Shown piece after piece: positions 1 to 8,981 of a stretch of 64,000 nt of DNA. Within the stretch, counting starts at the first letter, position 1; each line of letters begins with the position of its first letter. The stretch spans positions 71,445 through 135,444 of the forward strand of contig JBKJNB010000083.1 in NCBI GenBank assembly GCA_046595995.1, written 5' to 3'. This stretch comes from Candidatus Kapaibacteriota bacterium. Lineage in GTDB: Bacteria > Bacteroidota > Ignavibacteria > Kapaibacteriales > Kapaibacteriaceae. The translations under genes and the position numbers were made by a program. The notes beneath the pieces are model-generated. The model made no database searches and was not told the origin of the DNA. It was given only the letters and a program-made list of their open reading frames with translations.

Positions 1-1454
1 ATCGTTGGCGTTGCACCCGAGTTCTGTACCCGCGTGGTTAGGATAACTGCTGACGGCGATACTGAGCGCACGAGTCGCTGTGGAATAACGTAAGCAAGAA
101 TTGCAGGGTCGTTTGATGCAAGCTCTACGCGACGGTGTTCAGCACGTCCGTCATCGACGGTGCGATTCGACTGAACCGGAGGCAATTCACCAGCAGCAAC
201 ATTCAGTCGCTGTCCGCTTATGCCCCACGTGTTTTGCAAGTACGATTTAACGGCTTCTGCACGCTGTGTTGAAAGTGAAGCGTCGGTCTCACCCTCGAGT
301 GGTTCGCGATATCCAGTAATTGTAAGTGTCGCAGACGGATTCATCGTCATGCGGTCACCAACAATGTTCAGCAAGTTGTGATAGACATCCATCACGTTGT
401 CACTGGTGATACTCGCCTCACTAAAGTCAGGGCCCCGTTGCGAGTATCGCAGCGGGATACTAGCCGAACCTTTTTCGAAGAATACAAATGGCAACAGAGG
501 CGAGAGTTCGCGCCGACGAATTTCATGTAAGACCACGTCGCCGCCAGGCACGCGAAGTCCGACTGCGTCGACGGACTCCATGTCGACTGCGATCGATACA
601 CGTGGTGCGTCCGGTGTGGGCACTGCTGTCGGCGCCATTGGCTTTTCTATGATCACGGCTTCTGGCGTTGAGAACGTATAGCTAATCGTGAGCCCCATTT
701 GCAGCCCCTGAACTTTCCAGTCCGATCCGCTAAGCACACCAGTGAATGGGAATGAGAACCCAACCTCGGGTGTAAGCGTGAATGATTTCGAAAGCGATAT
801 GTCGTACCCCGCTACTGCTTTCGCAGCGATGCGGATTGCACTGCTGCGTCCGTTCGCACTAAAGTCGCCCGCGAAAATGCTGCGCTCTGTTCCACCATTG
901 CGGAATTCAATACCGCTTGGTGCAAGGATGTTTTCGCGTTGTTCGAATGAGGCACGTGTGACGAGTCCGATCTGCGGACCCGCCCCGACGTAGAGGCCCG
1001 CGTATGGGTACCATTGTGCGATTGCATCAAAGGTTACAATGTCAACGTTTGTCTGCAACGCGTACTCTGTTTGCATGCGCAAGTACGAGCCGTCCACCAT
1101 TTGCACGAGTGGCTGCACGTCATTCGGTGCGTTGAACGTGCCGTCTGCTTTCCAATACTGCAATCGAGCAGATACCGCAACGTTGCTTGACATCGGTATC
1201 CATAACTGATTGCCTGCGGCCCAGCCGAGGTTCGTGGTAGACTCGTACCCGCCGCATTCGATGAGGCCGTCCTCTGTGGTAAGCGGACCCTTGTGCATGT
1301 TCAGCACAGCCGCACCCGTTAAGCCGATGCGCCATCCGTCGCGCACAGGCGCTTCCTGCGCGTGCATGGCCGGTGCGAGGCAAACAACGAGCGCAACAAT
1401 CGCTAATAGACGATATCGGATCGCACTAACGAATAACAGTAAGCAACAGCGCAT
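1..1454 (-). CDS. OmpA-family outer membrane protein (signal peptide, beta-barrel-like region, C-terminal OmpA/MotB peptidoglycan-binding domain); 3' end runs off the window
   Basis: Manual translation of the reverse strand from the ATG at 1454 gives an uninterrupted frame to position 1. It begins MRCCLLLFVSAIRYRLLAIVALVVCLAPAMHAQ (signal peptide). The C-terminal part reads ...TITGYREPLEGE...LSTQRAEAVKSYL...DDGRAEHRRVEL, the classic OmpA-like motif. It is absent from the ORF track because no stop falls in the window. Confidence 0.7.
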   Translation of the reverse strand, partial: MRCCLLLFVSAIRYRLLAIVALVVCLAPAMHAQEAPVRDGWRIGLTGAAVLNMHKGPLTTEDGLIECGGYESTTNLGWAAGNQLWIPMSSNVAVSARLQYWKADGTFNAPNDVQPLVQMVDGSYLRMQTEYALQTNVDIVTFDAIAQWYPYAGLYVGAGPQIGLVTRASFEQRENILAPSGIEFRNGGTERSIFAGDFSANGRSSAIRIAAKAVAGYDISLSKSFTLTPEVGFSFPFTGVLSGSDWKVQGLQMGLTISYTFSTPEAVIIEKPMAPTAVPTPDAPRVSIAVDMESVDAVGLRVPGGDVVLHEIRRRELSPLLPFVFFEKGSASIPLRYSQRGPDFSEASITSDNVMDVYHNLLNIVGDRMTMNPSATLTITGYREPLEGETDASLSTQRAEAVKSYLQNTWGISGQRLNVAAGELPPVQSNRTVDDGRAEHRRVELASNDPAILAYVIPQRLVRSVSPSAVILTTRVQNSGATPT

Positions 1455-4452
1455 CGTGTAGACCTTGGAAGTTTCTAATCAGTACAAGTCGCGTTGCATG
1501 TGGCAACGAAGACATTGGAATCATCTCGGCAGACTCTGCAGCAAGTGTTGTGCGATGCAGTTCTTGTCCGTCGATCGAATAGAACAACATCTCTACCGCA
1601 TCCGACGTTGGATTTACTGCGTTCAGCGTACCGTCGCGTGGCATTGGGTTTGGATTTGCATTAACAAATGCGAGCGATGGGTTGCCGAGCAGGGCTCCGG
1701 CGCCGCCACACGGTCCCGTCACGGTTATTTCTCCGGCATTGCCCGACACACATGCAGCGGTATCGCTCACGCGCGTTGGCGTCATGGTCGTTACAACGTC
1801 TTTGCCGCGGAGCACATCAAGTTCGAATTGCACGTTTGCTGCTGAGTCTGCTGGAATAGCATTGAACGCGAGATTCAGAATTGCGCCATCCGCAGTTTCC
1901 ACAACAGTTCCCGATGCGAGATTTTGTCCAGTAACGCCCTGCGGTTTTAACAGCGATGTTGCGAACCGCATTTGTATAGCAATTGGCGAAGTGGTGATGC
2001 CCTTGATGTTGAGCGCAAGCGACAGAACGACACCGTACGGCGTCGACACACTTGGAACGGTTACGACCAGACCCGGGAGTACGCTGCTGGTAACAGGAAT
2101 CGCCGTACCACCATTCGACGTAGACACTAGTACACGTCCATTCACTGGCCCTGCAACCGATGCTATCCATCGAAACACGATTGTTTGCGAAGTGCGGGGC
2201 TGAAGGGTAAACGGACCTCGAAGGTTCACGCTACCACCGGGCACACCGTCAACCGCTACGCTATCGATTACTAGCACTTCAACAGAGCTAACATTTGTTA
2301 GTGTAAACGTTCGCTCGACGTCGTCACCGATGCAACGCTGGCCAAGATCGATTGTACCAATACTGGTTTGAATGCTTCTCGATCGCACAACAATGCACAC
2401 GGTGCCACGAACAAGTGTGTCACTTGTCGACGACACATCTATGACGAAGGACTCCGTCCCCTCTCGGAGTACGACAATTTCTACATTAAGGGTCTGCGAA
2501 GCGCCAGGGTCGACATTGAATGGGAAGACAGTCGGGTCTTCGACACTGATACGTCCGGGAGCCGTGCCAGGAAACGTTACGCCGTTTACAATTACTGTTC
2601 GATCGCTGACATTAACGATTGTGACAGTCGCCATTATCGTATCGCCAACTGTTGCACTCAAAGTATCACAGCTTGTCGACGCACGAAGCTCAAGTAACTG
2701 AGTAACACCACTGCCACGCACTGTTGTAGGGAAGGTACGAGTGCCAACTATGAGATTCGCTGAACCACCGATCTGACCGCGTTTTGTCGGACGAAAACGT
2801 ACGCATACCTCGAGAGTTTCTCCAGGGGGAATGCTGACACGTCCGATTGGACTTACGAGCACGAACTCTGGAGGCAGAATGCTGATTGAATCGACTTGTG
2901 CCGTATCTGTGCCTGTGTTCAATAACAATCGCATACAAATCATCATGGATTTGCCGAGGCGAACGGCGCTGAAGTCCATAATGTCGGTTACGATTTGTAA
3001 GGACGATGCAAGGCCGTTGCCTCTAAGCGTAAACTTGTCTTGCACGATGCCCATGTCAACGGTTACGACCGATGAGCGCGGGCCTGATTGTGACGGACGG
3101 AACCATGCGAGGATGCTGCGCGATTCTCCAGGCTGAAGGATGATTACCGATGTATCTGCTGCAACCAGGAAGTCAGGTACACCATCAGTCTTAACAGACT
3201 TAATTGTAATCGGAAGTAACCACGTGTTCGTGACAACCAATCGTACGCTATCGCTGCGTGCACCAACTTCTGTATCGGGGAACGTGAAATCTACCGTTTG
3301 CAAGGGTTGATAAACTTCGATAGTATTTGTAGTTGAGCCACCCGCGACGACGGGAAGGTTTGACGACGTCATGGCGATCGTGCGCTCGGAACCAGCGGTA
3401 GTCAATGCGTCAAAAGGTTGCCATGTACCCGAAGGGTCTGAGCCCGAGGGAAGCGTAAAGAGTTCACACGAAGCAAGTCGGCCTCCTGTAGCACTTGTTC
3501 CGCCAGCAACGAGCCAGGCGGATGCAGTATCCGTCGGACTCGCAACCAGTGTACCTGTGAAATTGCTACGCGCATCTTGCATTGTCGGTGCTACGCGCCA
3601 TCCGCTTTTCACATCATACCACTCGCACGAAGCTAGCCGAACACCCAATTCATTTACACCACCGAACGAACGTGGAATGCCTGACGGGTCAGAGGCATCA
3701 ACTGATTGACGCCGCATTACACGTGGAGCATTTGCTCGGCCGTCCCATGCCGTGCCTTCGAGCAACTCTGTTGACGTGGGTAACGCAGCTTCGCCGCCTG
3801 CGGCGAGCACCTTCGTAGCCCCTTGCTGATCGATATACGTCCAGACGCCATGCTCACTGCGTGCAGTGATGTGATCACCCAGCCGCTGTATTACTCCGCT
3901 TGCGACGACGATGCGTGATGTGACGACTGACTGCGTACCTGTGCCCAAGCCACCTCCAGGCTGAACGCGTCCTCCGCTGACCACGACAAATGCTGAGCCG
4001 TCGTAGACGGCGCGGACGTCGCCGGCTGAGGACGGAAGGAGTCCGAGTCTGCTCCATCGCCAGTTGTTTTGTCCGACGTCGTATCTGAGAACGTCAACAA
4101 CGTCAGTCGATGTGTAGGGGCCGGCACCTGTGTACCCTCCGATTGCATATATAATTGATGTACCGTCAGCAGCTTTCGCAGCTACGAGCTCGAAGTAAGC
4201 ACGCGGAATTGTCATGGGGCTGAGAAGGGGCTCGATGAGTCCCGTTGCACCACGCAGCACAAAGCACGCAGCAAGCGTAGCACCTGCTGCATCAACACCG
4301 CCAGCGATGATAACATCGCCGTTGTGTGCCATCACGGCAGAGTGTGCACTACGAACGGCGGGCAATGGCGGCAGATTGCGCCAGCCTGGGTCGCCGGCCA
4401 TGAGCACAACGCTCATAACCGGTACCAGAAGCAGACTTCTCAGAAAGGTCAT
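1426..4452 (-). CDS. Large secreted T9SS cargo protein with Kelch-like beta-propeller repeats and multiple Ig-like/beta-sandwich domains, plus a Por_Secre_tail C-terminal domain
   Basis: The ORF-track start at 4482 is TTG; the ATG at 4452 gives the signal peptide MTFLRSLLLVPVMSVVLMAG. Kelch-like stretches are present (IIAGGVDAAG..., IYAIGGYTG..., VVVSGGR). The C-terminus ...YSIDGQELHRTTL...RLVLIRNFQG...LLLTVIR resembles a T9SS sorting domain. Confidence 0.7.
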   Translation of the reverse strand: MTFLRSLLLVPVMSVVLMAGDPGWRNLPPLPAVRSAHSAVMAHNGDVIIAGGVDAAGATLAACFVLRGATGLIEPLLSPMTIPRAYFELVAAKAADGTSIIYAIGGYTGAGPYTSTDVVDVLRYDVGQNNWRWSRLGLLPSSAGDVRAVYDGSAFVVVSGGRVQPGGGLGTGTQSVVTSRIVVASGVIQRLGDHITARSEHGVWTYIDQQGATKVLAAGGEAALPTSTELLEGTAWDGRANAPRVMRRQSVDASDPSGIPRSFGGVNELGVRLASCEWYDVKSGWRVAPTMQDARSNFTGTLVASPTDTASAWLVAGGTSATGGRLASCELFTLPSGSDPSGTWQPFDALTTAGSERTIAMTSSNLPVVAGGSTTNTIEVYQPLQTVDFTFPDTEVGARSDSVRLVVTNTWLLPITIKSVKTDGVPDFLVAADTSVIILQPGESRSILAWFRPSQSGPRSSVVTVDMGIVQDKFTLRGNGLASSLQIVTDIMDFSAVRLGKSMMICMRLLLNTGTDTAQVDSISILPPEFVLVSPIGRVSIPPGETLEVCVRFRPTKRGQIGGSANLIVGTRTFPTTVRGSGVTQLLELRASTSCDTLSATVGDTIMATVTIVNVSDRTVIVNGVTFPGTAPGRISVEDPTVFPFNVDPGASQTLNVEIVVLREGTESFVIDVSSTSDTLVRGTVCIVVRSRSIQTSIGTIDLGQRCIGDDVERTFTLTNVSSVEVLVIDSVAVDGVPGGSVNLRGPFTLQPRTSQTIVFRWIASVAGPVNGRVLVSTSNGGTAIPVTSSVLPGLVVTVPSVSTPYGVVLSLALNIKGITTSPIAIQMRFATSLLKPQGVTGQNLASGTVVETADGAILNLAFNAIPADSAANVQFELDVLRGKDVVTTMTPTRVSDTAACVSGNAGEITVTGPCGGAGALLGNPSLAFVNANPNPMPRDGTLNAVNPTSDAVEMLFYSIDGQELHRTTLAAESAEMIPMSSLPHATRLVLIRNFQGLHDALLLTVIR

Positions 4453-4814
4453 ATGTTTTTTATCGACAGTTCGAGTTAGCAAACAATGCCAAGCCTGGCG
4501 ATTCAGAGTCGAGCTTAACGGACAATGCGGAGTGTCGAATTCCCCTTCTTCAACAAGAACCCCGCGCTCGTGGTGCTCGTCAATGAGCTGCGCAATCTAC
4601 ACCCATTTGAAGCCTCTTCGAACAACGCAGAACGACACAAGTTGGCCTTCCCGACGAGGGTGTACGACTACCATTCTTGAAGCCATGGATTCACCAAGCG
4701 TACCGACGGACGTCTCCAGGAATTTGTCACAGATGTGTCCGCAATGCCTACGAACGTGTTCAACCTAAGGAACTGGTTATCCAGAGCCGTTACGGAATAA
4801 TTTTCGAAGGAAGT

Positions 4815-5093
4815 ATGATTAACGTTTTGAAAGTTGGGAAAGAGTCATTATTTTTGAAAATGACTACTTCCATCACGGAGTTTAAGGCCAAGTGCCTGGA
4901 ACTCATTCGCAACCTCGAGCTCACAGGCGAGCCGATTACTATCATGCGTCACAAGACGCCCGTCGCTGTTATCTATCCCGCAAATGCTGTTGTGCCAGTT
5001 GTGCCCCCTTGGCACAGACTGCGTGGTACGGTAACGAGCTACCTAGGAACACCTGAGGAATCTGTCTGGGATTACCCTGAAGGCAAAGACTAA
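4815..5093 (+). CDS. Type II antitoxin, Phd/YefM family
   Basis: MTTSITEFKAKCLELIRNLELTGEPITIMRHKTPVAVIYPANA is Phd/YefM-like. GGAAG lies 4 nt upstream of the ATG at 4815 (alternative ATG at 4860). The stop overlaps the downstream PIN gene start (TAATG). Confidence 0.7.
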   Translation: MINVLKVGKESLFLKMTTSITEFKAKCLELIRNLELTGEPITIMRHKTPVAVIYPANAVVPVVPPWHRLRGTVTSYLGTPEESVWDYPEGKD

Positions 5094-5497
5094 TGGTATT
5101 GCTCGACACTCACATTTGGATTTGGTGGCTAGGTGGTAACGAAGAATTGTCTGATCACGAACGCGATGAATTAGACTACCTAGCCTCCAAACGCCAAATC
5201 GCCATTGCAGCGATCAGTCTCTGGGAAGCACAAATGCGCATAGCGAAGGGACGAATCGGGGTCAGCTTGCCGTTCGAACAGTGGATTAGGGAAGCTGCGA
5301 GACCTGATTTAGTAAATATCATCCCGATCGACACCAACGTAGCAATTGCTCTGCAGGAATTGCCTGACGGTATGGAAGGTGACCCTGCAGACCGACTTAT
5401 TCTTGCATCGGCACTATCTCGCAACTATGAGCTCGCAACACGTGATCGTGCACTACTCAGCAGCAAGCTGGTCCGACATTGGAAAATCAAGCCGTAG
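5093..5497 (+). CDS. vapC: PIN-domain ribonuclease toxin VapC
   Basis: MVLLDTHIWIWWL...D...DPADRLILASA is a PIN-domain signature. It is translationally coupled to the upstream antitoxin. Confidence 0.8.
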   Translation: MVLLDTHIWIWWLGGNEELSDHERDELDYLASKRQIAIAAISLWEAQMRIAKGRIGVSLPFEQWIREAARPDLVNIIPIDTNVAIALQELPDGMEGDPADRLILASALSRNYELATRDRALLSSKLVRHWKIKP

Positions 5498-5505
5498 TGT
5501 CCCGA

Positions 5506-6474
5506 CTATTTCAACAGAGCGGAGACAATCTTTGCTGCTGACATGCCTTCTGCTTCAGCAGAGAAGTTGGTGACGATGCGGTGACGCAACACACTGGTGG
5601 CAACAGCGTTCACATCTTCTATGCCTGGTGTGAAACGTCCGTTGAGGGCTGCGCGACTTTTTGCGCCGAGTACTAGGTATTGTGACGCACGCGGACCCGC
5701 CCCGTAGGAGATGAAGTCTTTTATGACTTTAGGACTGTCGGTACCCGGACGTGTAGCACGCACCATATCTACTGCATGTTTGATAACGTTGTCTGCAACG
5801 GGTACGCGACGAACCAACTCTTGAAAGCGAATAATGTCTGCGCCATTCATAACATGGTTTAGTGTTTCAGTAGTGCCAGATGTTGTAGACCGCACGACCT
5901 GCATCTCTTCTTCGTGCGATGGATAGTCTAGCAACAGATTAAACATGAAACGGTCTAGCTGCGCTTCAGGAAGTGGGTATGTTCCTTCTTGTTCGATTGG
6001 GTTTTGCGTTGCGAGCACGAAGAATGGCTCTTGCAACTGATAGGTCGTACCCGATGCAGTTACGCTGTGCTCCTGCATTGCTTCGAGCAATGCCGATTGA
6101 GTCTTAGGTGGAGTACGGTTGATTTCATCGGCAAGGACGATATTGGCGAAGATCGGACCGCGTACGAACCGGAAGACTTTCTGACCTGTCGTTCTGTCGT
6201 CTTCGATAATCTCTGTGCCAGTGATATCGGCAGGCATCAAGTCGGGTGTAAACTGAACGCGTGAGAACGTCAGATCCATGGTCTGCGCCATTGTGCGAAT
6301 AAGCAGCGTCTTTGCAAGACCAGGTACACCAACCAACAAGCAATGTCCGCGCGCGAACAGCGACACAAGTAGCAATTCGACGACATCGTGTTGACCGACG
6401 ATAACCTTTCCTATCTCGCGCTTTACTTCGTTGATTTTTTGCGCGAGTTCTTCAACCTGCTTCACATCGTCCAT
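5506..6474 (-). CDS. MoxR-family AAA+ ATPase
   Basis: Walker A GVPGLAKT and Walker B VLADEINR are present, together with the conserved MoxR C-terminal region. A good SD (AAGGAA) precedes the ATG at 6474. Confidence 0.85.
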   Translation of the reverse strand: MDDVKQVEELAQKINEVKREIGKVIVGQHDVVELLLVSLFARGHCLLVGVPGLAKTLLIRTMAQTMDLTFSRVQFTPDLMPADITGTEIIEDDRTTGQKVFRFVRGPIFANIVLADEINRTPPKTQSALLEAMQEHSVTASGTTYQLQEPFFVLATQNPIEQEGTYPLPEAQLDRFMFNLLLDYPSHEEEMQVVRSTTSGTTETLNHVMNGADIIRFQELVRRVPVADNVIKHAVDMVRATRPGTDSPKVIKDFISYGAGPRASQYLVLGAKSRAALNGRFTPGIEDVNAVATSVLRHRIVTNFSAEAEGMSAAKIVSALLK

Positions 6475-6483
6475 TGGTGTTCC

Positions 6484-7641
6484 TTATTCAAGGTGACCCT
6501 CGACGCCGTGGAGGGTTTTTTCGTGTGCCTCTGATACGTCGGCTAATAGTCTATCTATTTCTTCTTGTGTTGTGAAGCGGCCGAAGGAGAAGCGCAGCGA
6601 GCAAGCGGCTTCTTCGGGTGTGCGGCCCATAGCAGTTAAAACATGCGATGGTTTCGGCTTTGCGCTCGAGCAAGCGCTGCCTTTGCTGCATGCCACATGC
6701 GGAAGATTCATAAGTAACAGTTCGGCGTCACACCCCCCGAACGTCACACTTGAGGTCGCGTAGTTCCTGTGTGCGCGGCAACCGTTAATGGTAACACCAT
6801 CCAACGCGGCAACCGCTTCTTCGAATCGCTTACGTAATGCATACACACGGAGTGATTCGCTTTCCAGCTCTGCAATCGCAATACGTCCGGCTTCGGCCAT
6901 ACCAATAATGCCAGGGACGTTAAGAGTTCCGCTACGGATGCCCCTTTCCTGGCCCCCTCCGAACTGAAGAGGCTGGAGCAGACACGATTGTTCTTTGCGC
7001 GTGCGCATGAACAACACGCCCGTGCCTTTGGGTCCGTAAACCTTGTGCGCAGAAAACGTCATGAGGTCGATGCACGCGTCGTCGACATTCAAAGGCATTT
7101 TTCCGTAGGCCTGTGTTGCATCGGTCATGAAGTACGCGCCGACACTGTGCGCGATGTCGGCAAGGGGCTTTAGCTCCTGCACCACTCCGGTTTCGTTGTT
7201 CACTGCCATAACACATACAAGCAAGGTTTTGTCGCTCACGGCTGCGGCCAAGTCTTCTGGACGTACACGGCCTTCGCTGTCAACACCAAGTTTTGTCACA
7301 GTTAGACCAAGCTCTTCACAGTGTCTGCAAGCATCGAGTACAGCAGCGTGTTCTGAGGCAACGGTAACGATGGTGTTACGCGACTTATCACTTCGGCGTG
7401 CCATGCCAAGGATGGCGAGGTTGATTGCCTCTGTGGCTCCGGATGTAAAGACAATTTCTTGCAGACGTGCACCAATGTGTCGCGCAATCTCTGCTCGTGC
7501 TTGCGTCACTGCGCGTTGCGCTTCCATTCCGGCGGCGTGTGTGCTCGACGCATTGTAAAACACGTCGGTGAGATATGGCATCATGACTTCGAGCACCCGC
7601 TTGTCTAAAGGGGTGGTTGCCGCATAGTCGCAGTAGATCAT
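6484..7641 (-). CDS. Cysteine desulfurase (IscS/NifS class, PLP-dependent)
   Basis: MIYCDYAATTPLD is the N-terminus. The PLP-lysine motif SAHKVYGPKGTGVLF and the catalytic cysteine region ...CSSAKP are present. The track start at 7653 is GTG; the ATG at 7641 matches IscS N-termini. Confidence 0.85.
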   Translation of the reverse strand: MIYCDYAATTPLDKRVLEVMMPYLTDVFYNASSTHAAGMEAQRAVTQARAEIARHIGARLQEIVFTSGATEAINLAILGMARRSDKSRNTIVTVASEHAAVLDACRHCEELGLTVTKLGVDSEGRVRPEDLAAAVSDKTLLVCVMAVNNETGVVQELKPLADIAHSVGAYFMTDATQAYGKMPLNVDDACIDLMTFSAHKVYGPKGTGVLFMRTRKEQSCLLQPLQFGGGQERGIRSGTLNVPGIIGMAEAGRIAIAELESESLRVYALRKRFEEAVAALDGVTINGCRAHRNYATSSVTFGGCDAELLLMNLPHVACSKGSACSSAKPKPSHVLTAMGRTPEEAACSLRFSFGRFTTQEEIDRLLADVSEAHEKTLHGVEGHLE

Positions 7642-7656
7642 CGTAGTAGCCACGCC

Positions 7657-8979
7657 CTAAAATACGGCGTAAAGGATGGTCACGAGCAGAGCCGCCAGCA
7701 TGGGCCACATAACAAGTCGGATGAGCTTAGGCACTGGCACGTCGGTGAGCGTCGAAGTAAAGACAACAATGGCCGCTACGGGCGACATCGTGCGTCCAAT
7801 GCTGGCACCAATGGCACCATAAATACCAAGGCGTACTGCCTGCACCACGTCGACCTTCGAAACCTCTGGAAGCATGGCCTGCGAGAACGATACACTTGGC
7901 GCTGTACCCGAGCCGCTTATGACGGCAAGTGACCATGTAACGACAGAGCTGGCGCCGCGAGCAAACGTTGGAAAGCCAACAAGGATATCAACGGCAGCCT
8001 TGATCACACCCGCGGCGTTGAGTCCAGCTATAAAACACGCCGCCACAACGATCAGCGATATCACATGTGTGAACGCATAACCCATGCCCTTAAAAAACTC
8101 TTTTGTGAGATGACTTGCGTTTGCCTGCGTTACAACCAATACGATACCCGTGCATACGAGCATTACCAATGAGACGGGAAGTCCTTTCGGAAACACATCG
8201 AACAACGGCGGTATGAGATCGAGTCCAGGCTGAAGCAACAACAGCAATACAACAGGCAGCGGTGGGAGGATGGCGCGTAGAACCGACGGACGTTCCTCTA
8301 CTACGGCAAGGGAGGGGTCGGGGAGGGCATTGGGCTGACGTCGTGCAAGAACCGTGAGTACGATTGTTGCGGCTGCGAACGATAGTAGGTTCGGGATTAC
8401 AGTCATTCCGATAATGCTGCCAACATCCATGTTTGTACCAGCATGAATCGCTACGATGTCGGGTTCGCCGGGGTTGAACAAGTTGCCACCGACACTACAT
8501 CCGGTAAGCAGTGTTGCACCGGCAACGACGGGTGCGAAGCCTGCGGCTAGGAGGAGTGGAATGAGCACTGGTCCAACGGCAGCGGCAGACGCTGTCTGGC
8601 TGGTGATGGCCATGTTCGTTAAGAAGCCAATTGCGCACCCGCCAGGGATAAGAAGCCAACCAACCTTACGCAGTGGTTTTATAAGAAAGTTTACCATGTC
8701 CCGATCACAGCCTGTAGCCTTTAGGACAAAAGCGTAGCCCATGGCCGTGCAGATCGGACCAATAATGTCTTCACGCCCGAGGTACGTCTGAAAAGTCTCG
8801 AACAGAACCCACGGAGTTCCCGCTGCACCGAGCAACACGAAGCCTGCGCAAAGGAGCACTAACCGAACATCGATGCCGCGTCGAATTAGATAGATGGCGA
8901 GTGCTACGACAAGCAGCGCAAGGCCAAGCAACAACGGTGGCGTGAGTAGTGCGTACGACGAGAGCTGAGCAGCAGGCAT
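7657..8979 (-). CDS. Polytopic membrane transporter, DcuC-like (anaerobic C4-dicarboxylate transporter family) candidate
   Basis: About 440 aa with at least 10 hydrophobic helices. Gly/Ala-rich stretches (TASAAAVGPVLIPLLLAAGFAPVVAGATLL...) resemble the DcuC family. The family assignment is tentative. Confidence 0.45.
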   Translation of the reverse strand: MPAAQLSSYALLTPPLLLGLALLVVALAIYLIRRGIDVRLVLLCAGFVLLGAAGTPWVLFETFQTYLGREDIIGPICTAMGYAFVLKATGCDRDMVNFLIKPLRKVGWLLIPGGCAIGFLTNMAITSQTASAAAVGPVLIPLLLAAGFAPVVAGATLLTGCSVGGNLFNPGEPDIVAIHAGTNMDVGSIIGMTVIPNLLSFAAATIVLTVLARRQPNALPDPSLAVVEERPSVLRAILPPLPVVLLLLLQPGLDLIPPLFDVFPKGLPVSLVMLVCTGIVLVVTQANASHLTKEFFKGMGYAFTHVISLIVVAACFIAGLNAAGVIKAAVDILVGFPTFARGASSVVTWSLAVISGSGTAPSVSFSQAMLPEVSKVDVVQAVRLGIYGAIGASIGRTMSPVAAIVVFTSTLTDVPVPKLIRLVMWPMLAALLVTILYAVF

Positions 8980-8981
8980 TC

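Noticed and set aside
4214-4768. 184-aa plus-strand ORF antisense to the 5' end of the T9SS gene and its upstream region
   Set aside because: Low-complexity Ala/Ser/Arg composition typical of antisense GC-rich frames, with no motif. The 4540-4680 piece (FPFFNKNPALVVLVNELRN...) could be a gene remnant, but I cannot support it.
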